Assembly: GCF_009914755.1 (NCBI RefSeq)
Contig: NC_060926.1
Length of the DNA stretch: 64,000 nucleotides
Origin: the human T2T-CHM13v2.0 reference genome, Homo sapiens
Reading direction: 5' to 3' (one strand)
Position numbers and translations under genes: made by a program. The first letter of the stretch is position 1; the number at the start of each line of letters is the position of its first letter. Below, piece after piece: positions 26,509-38,806 of this stretch. A model generated the notes under the pieces. That model saw only the letters and a list, made by a program, of their open reading frames with translations. It had not been told where the DNA came from and made no database searches.

Positions 26509-27017
26509 GTTTCCTGCTATAATAAATGCTGCTATAATAAGTTACTACAATTGGTGACTTGAAACAACACAAATATATTATCTTGGAATCTGGAGATTAG
26601 ACTTCCAAAGTGGGTTTCTCTGGACTAAAATCAAGGGAATTGACTTGGCAGGATTGTGTTCCTTCTAGAAGCTCTATGGGAGAAAATTTTTTCTTGTTTC
26701 TCTGGATTCTAGAGGCTGCTTTCATTCCTTGGCTTGTAACTGCTTCATCTGCAAAACCAGTAATGGCGAATTGAGTCTTTCTCCCATCACATCACTCTGA
26801 CACTCTCTCTCTCTTACCTTCCTCTTTCTCTTATAAAGACCCTTGTGATTACATTGGGCCCAGCTGGATAATCCAAAATAATATGCCTATCTCAAACTAT
26901 TTGATTTAATCACACTTGCAAGTTTCCTTTTACATATGTACCACAGTCACATGTTCTGGGGTTTAAGATGTGGGTACTTTTGGGGCATCATTCTGCCTAC
27001 CATAAGGTGATACAACC

Positions 27018-27198
27018 AGAACCGGCTTTTTAATTTGCAGAGTCCAGTGTAAAATGAAATGCAGGACTCCATATTAAACAATTGTTAAGAATCTCAAGAT
27101 AGCCACAGCAGAGCATAAAACGAAACATGGGGCCCTTCTAAGTGCAGATCCACGTGTAGCTGTACAGGCTACACATTCACTCTTTGAACTGGTTCTGG
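27018..27198 (-). mobile_element. MER45A-like hAT-Tip100 element
   Basis: Inverted termini cagaaccgg...ctggttctg; internal 'ggggcccttctaagtgc'; degenerate 8-bp TSD gatacaac/gaaacagc. Confidence 0.8.
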
Positions 27199-27439
27199 AA
27201 ACAGCCCAGAGGTACCACATCACTCCCAGGCTTCTGGTACCCCCTAGCTGAAATCCCAGACATCATAGAGTAGAGACACCCTGCTATGCCTTTCCACATT
27301 TTCTGACCCATAGAACGCAGTAACACAATAAAATTATTGTTTTAAGTTGCTATGTTTTAGTTAATTCACTGTATAATAATGGTAAATGGAACACTATCTA
27401 ATAGAAATAATATTATATGATAAAACATATGATTTTAGC

Positions 27440-28930
27440 AACAGGACTGTCAATAGTCAATAAATATACAAAAAAGCATATCAACTTTATAATTAGTCAA
27501 ATAAATGCAAATTAAACAGTAACATCAGTTGGACTCTTTCACGTTGTCAAAGGATTGAAAACGTTGTGGAATGAAGAAATCTTGATGTGTTCATAATTTG
27601 TGCCAACATATTAGAAGGGCAAATTTTTAATACCCAAAAATATTTAAAGTAAACACGTCTTTGACCCAATAATTCTACTTCTGCAAGTATTCTCAGAGAT
27701 TTCCTTGAGGTGACTAGTATAAAGATGTTTACTGTAGCATGATTTGAAACTGAAAAAGAGAGACAACCTAAATATATAATGATGAGAAGATGATTGCATA
27801 AAATACAGTACAGTACTATGGAATATGAAAGTAAAGAAAGAGTTATCTCAGTAAGAATTAATGTGGAAGTATTTTATAATATAATGTTGAATTAAAAGAA
27901 TAAAATTTGCACAATAGTTTCCACTTAATCCTGCTTTTGTAAAAATATGTACATGTATGTTTATATGGAAAAATACCTGGAAGTTTATACTACTAAAACT
28001 TAATTGTTAATTCTGAGGGATGAGATTATAAAATAGGAAAAGGAATAGGTGAGGTGATCATAAAATTGGTTCTGAGGGGCAGTTCTAATTCACCTGTGTT
28101 CCTGAAGTAATTAAGTAAGTTTTAATTACTTTTACTTTTATTCTCAAATATATTCCAATTTGGCTAAAATGATCACACTCTAGGAATAGGAGCTATCACT
28201 TTTTATTTTGCGAATTTCTGTGCTGTTTGAATTTTCTAAAATGCGTATTTATTATTTTGTCACACACACACAGATTTTTAAAGAAAAATTTGGCAATTGT
28301 TCCAAAATTTTTAAGTGTCTATCTTTTTTATTAAACTTTTTCCCTTCAAGAGAAGAGGAAGGTACAAAGATTTTCATTAAAGTATTTTATTTTTTGTAAT
28401 AATAAAAAGCTAGAAACAAACTAAATGCTCACCAGCAGGAAAAAGATAAACTATACACAATTGAGTGGAATACTAAGCAACAGTTTTTAAAGAATAGGTA
28501 GGTTTACAGGTCAATATATAGAGACATGGGACAATTGAAAGAGAGAAAGACAGACCGGAAGAGGGAAAGATAAAGGAAAAGGGAGGGGGGGTGAAAGGGA
28601 AATGGAAGGAAAAGAGGGAAGAAAGAGGGAGAATTGTAATAGTTAAATAATTTTTTAATAAAATAAAATAAATGCACAACAAGAGGAATGATTAAGTATA
28701 ATTTGATTCAATCCAATAACATAGAATACCATACAACCATTAGCTGTGATCATAGACATTATTTACTACATAGAAATCTATTTATAATAAATTCTTACTA
28801 TATAATTTTTTTGTTTAATAATAAATGAAAACTAAATTGACATAGAAAAAATTATTAAAATAAATACCTATGGCAAAATTATGAATATTTAATTTCACCT
28901 TTGTATATGTGCATTTTATAATTTTTACTC
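27440..28930 (+). mobile_element. Fragmented ancient L1ME 3' sequences
   Basis: 'aattagtcaaataaatgcaaatt', 'tttgacccaataattctacttc', 'aaacaaactaaatgctcaccagcagg'. Confidence 0.55.
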
Positions 28931-29709
28931 AAATAATATATACTTTACATAAAGGTTTATTTTTACTCTTACAAACAATACAGAAATATTACAGACAATA
29001 ACGGGTTATTTGCAAATCAATTTGCAGTATTTTAAGCTTTCTATAAGTCTCATAATACACAAACACTGAATGAATTCAAGTCATTTCTAAAAAGATAACA
29101 TCTCTTTTTCTCTTTCAAATTTTTGATGTTCTTAATAAGATGAAATAAATTAAGTCTAATTTTTCATATAATAATTTATGTATATGTATATATATATAAA
29201 GTTTTTTCAAAGTAAAATACATTACACATTAAGATTCAGCAAACTATTTTTTCCAAAACCAAGATCACAGTTCTGTAGCTTAAAATGCCTATAAAATGAC
29301 CACGACAATTTACAAACCCACTGCAGATTTTTCACCTATTTGTATTTATTCTGTTTACCATTTTCATAATTCAATTTGAGTCTTGTGAGTTTCCATAAAG
29401 TCTGGCTTAATGGATTAGTTTCCAGGAAATTGCCTATGGATTAAATTCCCAAACTTAGCATGGCATTCAAGGTTGTTGGCAATCTAGACCCTCCTGACTT
29501 TCAAGCCTTATCTCTTGTAAAAGTCAGGAGGCTCTAGATTGCCAGTAATTTTGAATGTCATGCTAAAATTTGGCAATTTAATCTATAGGCAATTTATGCA
29601 AATTTATATATGCACTAACCTTACCTAGGCATAAAATATATTTTTTGTCTCCATGCTTCTTTGTTTTCTTCACCTGGAAAGTTTTTCCTCATTCTAATAA
29701 ACTTGTTTC

Positions 29710-29912
29710 ACAGATTCTCAACAGAGATGGTAAGCTAGAAGCACCAAAGGAATTTTGTAGTTGTTTGGTTGGTTGGTTTTACTTTGTTTTAACATGAATG
29801 CCCAAGCTCCATCCAAGGGATCTACTTAATCAGAATCTCCAGAGTTTAGACAAGATAAAGCCATAATTTAAAAAAATATACATGTGATTTTAATAGAACT
29901 AAAAGCCACTGA
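29710..29912. mobile_element. MER5-like hAT element
   Basis: 'atgcccaagctccatcc...aatcagaatctcc...catgtgattttaat...aaagccactg'. Confidence 0.5.
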
Positions 29913-30119
29913 CCTGAAACAGAAAGTAATTTCACCATGACAATTGTGCCCTTTCTGCACATCTACCTGGGAGTTATATTCAACTATTTACTTGTATTAC
30001 CTTAATCTTATGCCCATTTAAGCAATTACAAGGTCTTATTGGTATAATTGTTTCCTGGGATACAATTTTTTCCCTCATTATGTCTGAAGACTCTGCCCCT
30101 TTTCATGTTCATCGCCTTC

Positions 30120-30945
30120 ATAATAAGGCCCAACACAACATATTTAGACTATTGCAATAATTATCTAGTTGCCTCTAGTCCTAACTGCCTTTAATCCAGA
30201 CCTCACAAATCAGAGGGATATTTTTTAAGTGGTTATCTATTGTTACTTGTCTGCATCAACATTTTATTAACTCCCCATGATATAAATGTCCATACAGTAA
30301 GGACCAATTCCTTCAGAATCTCTATAGGACATGCCCACCTGACCCATTTTAACTCAGATTCTCACCCTTTTTCCTTGTTTGCCTAATTTATCATTCAGGT
30401 TTTGATTTAAATAATTTCCTTAAAAGCCTTCCTTAACACTCACCCACCCCCGATCATAGGCACACATGACCCTAAGTTAGGCCTTCTTGTTATCTATTAT
30501 CAGAATCTTTGCTTCTTTTTTTTTTTTTTTTTTTTCCTGTCACCCAGGTTGGAGTGTAGTGGCGTGATCATGGCTCAGTGCAGCCTCACCCTCCCAGGCT
30601 CAAGTGATCTTCCCCTCTCAGCTTCCTGTGTAGCTATGACTGTAAGCATACACCACCATGCCCAGCTAATTTTTCTATTTTTTGTAGAGATGGGGTTTCC
30701 CCATGTTGCCCAAGCTGATCTCGAACTCAGGAGCTCAAGAGATCCACCCACCTCTGCCTCCCAGAGTGCTAGGATTACAGGCATGATCCACTGCACCCGG
30801 CCTGGTAATTCTTTCTGTAGCCCTCATCGCATCTCTAATTACTTGCTTTCCCAGGTATTACTGTAAACTTTAAAAGAGCATGCACTGCTTTCCTAGTACA
30901 TGGCGAGAATTCCGTGTTTAATGAATACATAAATGAATAAATTTG
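30120..30945 (+). mobile_element. L2 3' remnant split by an Alu
   Basis: 'tagactattgcaataa', 'aaagccttccttaacac', terminal 'atgaatacataaatgaataaa'. Confidence 0.6.
30516..30802 (-). mobile_element. AluJ
   Basis: 'gatcatggctcagtgcagcctc', 'ggctcaagtgatcttcc', 'catgttgcccaagctg'; T20 tail. Confidence 0.93.
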
Positions 30946-31176
30946 AAAAAATGACTGCAAGCAATTGTTTCCACTTACCAGATGTTTTGTTTTGTTTAAA
31001 CACAATTTTAAAAATTAGAGAATGCCAAGCTAAATATTTTGTTGATTTTGTCTTAAAAAAACAAAAACTCTTGTTTTCTCTCTACAGATGCATTGAAGCT
31101 TTAGATGAAGAAAATGTTAATTATTATAAAACATATTTTCATACAGGAAGACACATAGTCACACATATGTGGATAG

Positions 31177-31490
31177 TGTATTAGTCATGGAGTGAGCCAG
31201 AAACAGATGGCACATCACGGAGGAGAGTTCAATAAAGAGATCCTTACCATGGTGTGGTTGAGCGTAGGGCAACCTCCATGCAGTCCTGCGGCACTAGTTA
31301 ATAGCAAGCCAGCCCTCACTCCTTTCTTTCTTCAGTCTCCTGCTGGGTTTCCATTGGTAAAATCCCACTGGAAGCCAAAAGGGAAGGAGTTTTGATGTAT
31401 CCCAGGTCAATGTCTCGGGACTGAGAAGAGAGTGGAGAGGAGAATAGAGGAGAGTGTGTCTCCAGGGGCAAACGGAGAACATGCAGCTGA
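31177..31490 (-). mobile_element. LTR33-like ERVL LTR fragment
   Basis: 'ccattggtaaaatcccactggaagccaaaaggg...gtctccaggggcaaacggagaac' resembles the LTR33 5' end in reverse. Confidence 0.6.
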
Positions 31491-32144
31491 GGGAAGACAG
31501 GGCATAGCTATCTGCATAATCCAGGCTCCTTTATCCACCCTCGCCCTTAAGCAGGACTATTAACAAGAATCAGAACACTTTGGTAAACAGAGATCAATAA
31601 TATTTTTTCTTTTCAGATAAGGCAATAGCAAACAAAAAAAAAAAAAGTACAGGCTAAAGCAACTAGCAAGGATAGCAATTTTTCCCTTCATTAGGCAAAC
31701 AGAAAAATGGAAACAGGCATATAGGTTAACAATAAGAATATGTTTTCATAGGGTAGTCTTAAAAGTAAGCCTGTTGTCCTGTCTTAATTAATAGCACCCC
31801 CTTTCACTCTCATGAGTTTCTTAGTTTGAATGTCAAATTATATGGTCATGTTATCAAAATATATGAAGCAAAAGTTTTAAAAATAAAAATAGAAATGAAC
31901 AAGAACAAAATAGAAGTTTTTATCAGATCATGCTTAATTTTGATCAAGTTAGTGTACAATAGCTAAATTAAAATGTAGCATATAAATAATGTAAATTTTT
32001 TTAAAATCTTAATTTTAAGGAAATTGGTTCCTATAGAGTTTATTTCACTTATAAAGATAAAAAATAAATGTATATAAGCTGCACAAAAGAGAACCAATAT
32101 ATTTCAAAACATGATGAAAATTTTGAACATAGTCTTTTACCCAT

Positions 32145-34837
32145 TGTAGGGGCAAAAAGATGTAATAATGCTATGGGATCTTTGGGGTGTCGCTTTTCTG
32201 GCTGGAAATTTGTGGCCAGTGGTGCCCTTGCCCCAAGTTTTGCTAGGGCCCACTGGGCTTGTTCCACCCACTCAGACTGGCAGGCTGCGCTCAGCTAGTG
32301 ACCTGGATCCCACGCCTCCAAGGGAGACTGTCAGTCATACGTGGAGCAGCGAGGGGTGTGTGAGCAAGTGTGGGGCCTGGCCACTGAGCAGTCAGACACA
32401 CCAGCTGCTGCTGTGGCACGGGCAGCTCCAGGTGCAGCATGGGCACCAGCTCTCTGCAAGGGTGTAGCTGGACCAGGTGCATCACAGCAGCTTCCCTGGC
32501 TATCACCAGGGAATGCATTGATGTCCAGGAGCTCGGAGACATCAGGAACCATAGGGCCCCAAAGAGGGAGTCACAGCTCTGGCTCAGGGAGTTCCCAGGT
32601 CTAGGCTCCTCAAAGGGCCACAGCTCCTCTCTCCTTCCCTTCACCCACAATGTGGCAAGCAAGGGGCATGTTTCAGCCCTGTTTGTGTTACTGTTCTTTT
32701 AGCCTTGCCATTCGGCAGGCCCCAAGTTCTTGTCCTGCAACTGGGAAGAATGAGATATGCAGACAAGTGAAGGGTGAGCAAGATGAAGAGAAGCTTTAGT
32801 GAGTCATAGAACAGCTCAGTATCCTGCAGGGGGCAGCTCCTTTCTGCAGCCAGGGTGTCCCATCATGTGTTCAGCTCCTAGCACAGAGAGTAGCTCCTCT
32901 CTGCAGCTGGTTGTCCCATGGTCTGTTCTGTTCTGGCTGATCCTGGGGCTTTTATGGGACTCAAAGGGAGGAAACATGTGCTGATTGGTCCATGGGCAGC
33001 CATGGGTAGGCCTGGAAAAGGCACCACAAGCTCCCACTTCAGTCAATGGGACTGGAAGCCCAGCCCTCAGCCTTCAGGCCCTCCCTGGCCTGAAGGTGGG
33101 GCCTCACCAGGGACCTGCCCCCTTCCACCCAGGATCCTGCAGCAGTCCGTGTAGCAGTCCATGGTACCCAGGCTGCTTGCACCAAGTGGCAACTGCAGGC
33201 CAGTGCCAGGCTGTCCTCAGCACCCTCTTTGGCTCCCTCTTGTGCTTCTTGGTGCCCAAAATCCAGAGGGGATCAAGGCGACAGGGGGCTGTTGTGTCAG
33301 TGCTGTCCCAAGCATGTGCACCTCTGGCCAGGCTGTGACAGCACCTGGGCTCTGCCCCACATTGCTCCAAGATAGGAGCAGGCACTAACAGTGAGGAGAA
33401 ACCAGGCAGTGGGAGCAGGCACTTCTGAGCCTGCAGGCCCGGGGTGGGGGCCCTTCCCAGGTCCCAAAGAGTACAGAGATGCCTAGGTCCACAGCACTGA
33501 CTTGGGCAGTTGCAGCTGTGCCTGGGGATGGGCAGGGCTCCTGCCCGCTCCCAACCCCCAAGAGCAGAGGGAGGCCTGGGTCCACAGCCCCAGCTTGGAC
33601 TGCTGCCTGCTCCCAGCTCCTGCCGGCTCCATGGAGCATGCAACCCCGGCCGCACACCCTCGCAACCTGGGCCGAGGGCTCCAAGTCCTCGCTGGGCCCA
33701 GGCTGGCATCCAGGGCAGGGGCGACATCACTGTGATCTCCATCCTGGGGCTCACCCTCACCTGGCTCAAGGTCCTACCCATGGGGCACCTCCAGGAGTGG
33801 ATCACGGGCCCCGGGCCCAGCCACTGGGAGTTTCAGGTTCAGCATTACCCTGATGCAGGGTGGAACTGGGGACCCAGCCATGAGTGACCACGTGCAGAGC
33901 CACCTCCAGAGGCACAGAAACCCAGAGCCCTCGTGGGGTGGGCACCATGGCTGTACTGCTGGCTGGTTCCCCCAGGTAGGTGCCATTCCCACTTCCCACT
34001 CCAGGCCCCCAAAAATGTAACCCTAGCTCCCATCCCAAGCTGAGTCCCCACCCTCCATGTGCAAGTGCAGCACTGTTCCAGGCCCAGCTCTGTCTCAGGG
34101 CCCTTCTCTGCCCGACCGCACTGCTGCCTCACCGGTGGGTGACCTGGAGCAGCCCCATCATGGCTGCCCCCAGAGCAGTAGGTTGCAGGGGGCTGTCCAC
34201 CTCCTCTCCATTCCCTTCCCACAGTGGCAATGTGATGCCAGTGGCCACTCCGGATAGCCTGCCGCTGCCATCAATAAATTTCTTCACCCATCATAAGGGT
34301 CCTGACAGACACTCTTATGACAAAGGGCAGGTTAACAAAAGAAAAGCAGCCAAAAATTTACTTAATCAAAGTTTTATATTACACAAGAGCCTTCAGGAAT
34401 GAAGACCCAAAGACCCAGGGAAAACCGTCTGTGTTTATTCTTAAGTTCAATAAAGAATAGACAGCCATGTAGAAATGTGACTGAGTAAAAGAGTATGAGC
34501 TAACACTAGCAGACTGAGGGGGAAAACCCTGTAGGCTTTGTCTGTTCAGATTCTTCATGGCCTCTGTGTGTGGCATTTTTTTCCCAAGGTATAAGGCAGG
34601 ACACCTATCACATGAAGGTCTTCAAAACAAGGAAGAAGGTCGTAGGATGACCTTTCTAGGTTTTATGACTTGAATTGGGGAAGAATAATTCTGGTGTCTA
34701 TGACTTGATTTGGGGGGAGACAAGAGGACAGTAGAAGGTGAGAAAAGCCTTACTTCTGAGACCCTTCCAATCTTCTTCAGTTCAAAATAGCACACAAACA
34801 CAACATATTTTGGGGTGTTGCGTTCTGAACCCTGATA
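32145..34837 (-). mobile_element. MER39-family ERV1 solo LTR; pieces at 32145-32168 and 34274-34837
   Basis: 'tgtaggggcaaaaaga' continues as 'caggttaacaaaagaaaagc...gaatgaagacccaaag...catattttggggtg..gttctgaaccc'; 4-bp flanks ccat/ccac. Confidence 0.8.
32169..34273 (-). mobile_element. MER52-family GC-rich ERV1 solo LTR, about 2.1 kb
   Basis: Minus strand begins TGATGGCAGCGGC and ends GCGACACCCCAAAGATCCCATAGCA; perfect 4-bp TSD ataa (32165-32168 / 34274-34277). Confidence 0.88.
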
Positions 34838-34859
34838 CCACAGTACCATAAACTAGAAA

Positions 34860-36010
34860 CAAGTAATAAAACTTAAAGTAATGGTAACAATTACATTCTC
34901 AAAACATTGGAAATAAAATTATAATTCTCCTAAATCATTATAGAGTCAAAGAAGAAATTCAAATTGCAGTTAATATACTGGTGTAGAAGGCAAAAATGAA
35001 AACCCACAAAACCAGGCCTATGAAATTAGCAAAAATGATGTTCAGCAGTAAATTTATTGTTATAATATTTTTATTTCTAAAGATAGAAATAAAAAAATAA
35101 ATATGCAGCTCTAGAAGTTAGAAAAAGGGGCAACTTAGCCAAAAAAAAGTAAAGGAAAATAAAAAGTAAAGAGAAAAATCAATGAATTAGTAGAAACATA
35201 ATTTAATTATTAAATATATTCGATTCCTTATTCTAGTAAAATAGATGTTATTGAAAATATATTTTAAATGCTTGATGTATTAAGTTTTCTCAAAAAAAAC
35301 ATACACCAATTGGAAAATAATTTTAAAAGTTATTTTAAAATTGCTAATGCTTTTATTTTTATTAAATCCATTAAAATATAAATCATATAAATATTAGTTT
35401 GAAGAGTTATGAGGAAATTATTTGTCATTGTTTTTGTAATTTTTTTCCTTGCGTTTTTTTCTTTGCACTTTTACTTTCAGCAAAATAACCTCATTTTACT
35501 GTGGTTTCTTTCAAATTTTTAAGAAACTGATTTTTACATTGCTCTGTCACACATAAGATGCACTTGCTTTTATTACAGTAGCAAATCTTTCATCTCAAGG
35601 CATCAAAAATTTGTTAAAAAAAGGAAAACTAAGCTGCTTTTACTTATAAACACAGACAAATACTGCTGAAAAAAATAATAAAATAATAACAATAAAATTT
35701 CAACAGCATTAAAAGAATTCACCACAACCACATAGCATTTTGTGTAATTATTATTCAATATTAAATTGATTAATATATGACATCAATTTATAACAACAAA
35801 GCAGATGATTGCTTCAATAAATATTAATAAGGAGCTTAATAAAAATGCAGTATCCCTGATTTAAAATATAAATAAAATCTAGGTAAACTGAGATCTCTAC
35901 TATATGACAAACCTTTTATTAGTAAAAAGGAGATAACATTATTTGCAGATAGTATGATTATCTTCTTTTAAAACCCGAGATACTTTTTTGACAATAATTA
36001 ACATGAATAA
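34860..36010 (+). mobile_element. Ancient L1M ORF2 remnants
   Basis: 'tggaaataaaa...ctcctaaatca...gtcaaagaagaaatt', 'ttatttgcagatagtatgattat' (LFADDMI-like). Confidence 0.55.
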
Positions 36011-36204
36011 CAGCACAGGCAAGTGGTCAGTTGCACCAGTAAATGCAATCACCCTCTGTGTGTATCTTTGCAAGTTTTTGGTTATATAAGCTATGGACTT
36101 AATGCTCAGTTTCACTATTCAAACACTACTTGTACAAGATCAAGTTAACTATTCCTAAACCATGAGGTTTACATCAATTTGAGGTCTGCTGTCATCTATT
36201 GTGC

Positions 36205-36553
36205 TGTATTAGTCCATTTTCACACTGCTGATAAAGACATACCTGAGACTGGGCAATTTACAAAAGAAACAGGTTTAAAAGTTCCATGTGGCGGGGGAGG
36301 CCTCACAATCATGGCAGAAGGTGAAAGGCACATCTCACATGGCAGCAGACAAGAGAAGAGAGCTTGTGCAGGGAAACTCCCGTTTATAAATCCATCAGAT
36401 CTCGTGAGACTTATTCACTATCATGAGAACAGGACGGGAAAGACCCGCCCCTTGATTCAATTACTTCCCACTGGTCCCTCCCACAATGTGTGGGAATTTG
36501 GGGAGTTACAATTTAAGATGAGATTTGGATAGGGACACAGCCAAACTACATCA
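36205..36553 (-). mobile_element. THE1 solo LTR (THE1B/C-like)
   Basis: 'tgtattagtccattttcacactgctgataaagacatacctgagactgggc...gggacacagccaaactacatca'; 5-bp TSD tgtgc/tgtac. Confidence 0.93.
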
Positions 36554-37134
36554 TGTACTTACATCAAAATAGAGTTTTTCTCTTTCATAATATTTATCCT
36601 TCGTTAGAGTAAAAATGGCTTTCAAATTACCAATAAAATGACAGACACCAATATGTACTTGATTCTTTAAGAATTGTATATCTTGTATTAATTTAATCTA
36701 AATGTCAACTCTTTCCTCTTAAATTCCATAGAATTGACACAAACTCCGTCCTCATTCAGGGGGAAATCCAGTGTTCTCTCCAGGATGTCTGCAGATGCTA
36801 AGGTCATGATGTAATTTAGTCACGTCTGCCCACTCTGTGTTCCTTGGTCTTCTCTCTTTCCTCTTGCCACTATCTTATTTTTCCTCTTATTTGGCTTTCC
36901 CCAAGCCCAATTATCTGTTCATTTCTGATGTTAAAGCATTTGGCAACTCTCAAACAGTCTCTTTCTTCCCTCTTTAAATTTTTACAGCCAAAAAGCTTAA
37001 CTCTGCTTCTCTAAACAAACAAGCAAACAAGTCCTTTCCCTAAGGAGAATTCCTGTGTCTCCTGCAGTCAGTTTACCCATTACAGTGTGTAATTAAATCT
37101 GCATATTATCAATATTACCAGCTTATAAAACAGT

Positions 37135-37370
37135 TTTGCATAGAGGTTAAAAACCCATTAAATGGCTTTGGGCCTGTCTAGAACTCCTCCCTCATCAGCT
37201 GTGCTGACCACTAAAGAGCTGAGTCTCCTCTTCAACCTTCAAGTTCCTCATCTATGAAAGATAAGCCATAGAAGAATCAATTTCATGGGTTATTGTGAAG
37301 CTTATGTGAGGTGTTTATTTAAAAATATTTACCAAAGTGCTTGGCTCATATTAGGCCTCAAATTAATTAT
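37135..37370 (+). mobile_element. MIR SINE
   Basis: 'gcatagaggttaaaa...gttcctcatctatgaaa...tcatgggttattgtgaag...aaagtgcttggctcata'. Confidence 0.65.
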
Positions 37371-37773
37371 TTTTATTAATAGTATTTTTGCCAGTTTGGT
37401 GCTTAAGCTTAATAGAAACATTACTGTTTTTATAATAATTATAATGCTGAATAGTGACAGGTATACATATAGGAATACATAAGTGTACTTTAAAAATCAA
37501 TGTTTTTTCTTTATGAGATCAAAAAGCTATCATAAAATTAGAATAAAATACTATACTTGCACCCTTGCAATAACAAAAATATTAACTAAGATAATCCTAG
37601 CAACAAAAGTGTAGGGTACGTGAAGGAAGATTCAGGGAAAAAGCCAACTTGGGCTGTTTCTCAATCAGAAAACAACATTGCCTAGATAGCCAATCACCAC
37701 CCACGATAGATTCATAGTTCTAAAGTAATTCTAATAAAATACCAATAGGTTTCTTTTTTCTTCCCCCTCCCCA

Positions 37774-38806
37774 TGTAATTACTCAATGAGTTTACCTTGC
37801 CCACTGCCTAGACAAAGCCAATTTATCAAGACAGGGGAATTGCAATAGAGAAAGGCTAATTCACACAGCACCAGCCGTGCAGGAGACCAGAGTTTTACTA
37901 TTACTCAAATCAGTCTCCCCAGCCATCCAGAGATCAGAAATTTTAAGGATAATTTGGTGTATGTAAGACAGACAGCTGAGAAGGGCTCCAGCTGGCCTGT
38001 GCACTGGGAGAAATGCACACTGGGGTGGAGCTACAGAAGTCTGCACCATTTGCAGTGAGGAGGAGCCTGGCCCCTCTTCTTCCTGTATGGAACCTGGGAT
38101 TCAATCTGTGAGGCAGGAAGCCCATGGGCATGAAGCATACTCTCTCGATTCTCTGAGTCTCTGTTTCCTCCTTTTTTTTCCTTTTCAACCAAGAAATCCC
38201 ATTTTTTCTCACTCTTCAAATCGTCTGTGAGCCTAAATTTTCATGGCTGTGTGACAAGGACCGCATTTTTAGGTGAACTAAGGAAAAGTCCCACAACAGA
38301 TGGGGGAAGGCCAGTGAGTCAAGAGTGCTGATCAGTTGGGTCGGAGATAAAATCATAGGGAGTTGAAGCTGTCCTCTTGCGCTGAGTCAGTTCCTGGGTT
38401 GGGTGCCACAAGATCAGATGAGCCAGTTTATCCATCTGGGTGGTGCCAGCTGATCCATCAAGTTCAGGGTCTGCACAATATCTCAAGCACTGATCTTAGG
38501 AGCAATTTAGGGAGGGTCAGAATCCTGTAGCCTCCAGCTGCATGATTCCTAAATCATACTTTCTCATCTTGAGGCTAATTTGTTAGTCCTACAAAGGCAT
38601 TCTAGTCCCCAGGCAGGGAGGTTTGTTTTGGGAAAGGGCTGCTATCATCTTTGTTTTAAACTATAAACTAAGTTTCTCCCAAAGTTAGTTCAGCCTACAC
38701 TCAGGAATGAACAAGGACAGCTTGGAGGTTAGAAGTAAGATGGAGTTAGTTGGTTAGGTCAGATACATTTCACTGTCTCAGTTATAATTTTGCAATGGCA
38801 GTTTCA
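37774..38806 (-). mobile_element. LTR8-family ERV1 solo LTR
   Basis: Minus strand starts TGAAACTGCCATTGCAAAATTATAACTGAGACAGTGAAA; perfect 4-bp TSD ccca (37770-37773 / 38807-38810). Confidence 0.9.
37960..38298 (+). mobile_element. MER61-like ERV1 solo LTR nested in LTR8
   Basis: 'ggggtggagctacagaagt...gaggagcctggcccctc...ggaacctgggattcaatctgtgaggcaggaag...gaactaaggaaaagtcccacaaca'. Confidence 0.72.

Larger units (their letters stand above)
24538..27004 (-). mobile_element. MLT1C/D-like LTR; pieces at 24538-24549 and 26509-27004
   Basis: 'tatattagtttc' continues as 'ctgctataataa...ttctagaggctgc...gacccttgtgattacattgggccc...attctgcctaccata'; flanks tggtg/aggtg. Confidence 0.8.
24190..27393 (+). 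mobile_element. Old MaLR LTR (MLT1G/H-like), outer host of a nested stack; pieces at ~24190-24500 and ~27200-27393
   Basis: 5' piece 'atgctgtgtgacttccaagg...ctatgaggaagccaagc...aggtgccagacatatgagt'; 3' piece 'cccagacatcatagagtagagac...ctgacccatagaa...ggaaca'. Confidence 0.7.

Noticed and set aside
32049-34402. Dense overlapping ORFs up to 233 aa
   Set aside because: They lie in the GC-rich MER52 LTR, where stop codons are scarce. They occur on both strands, show no recognisable domain, and the block is bounded by an LTR TSD.
38115-38140. Possible p53 site in the MER61-like LTR ('gcccatgggcatgaagcat')
   Set aside because: Neither decamer fits RRRCWWGYYY.
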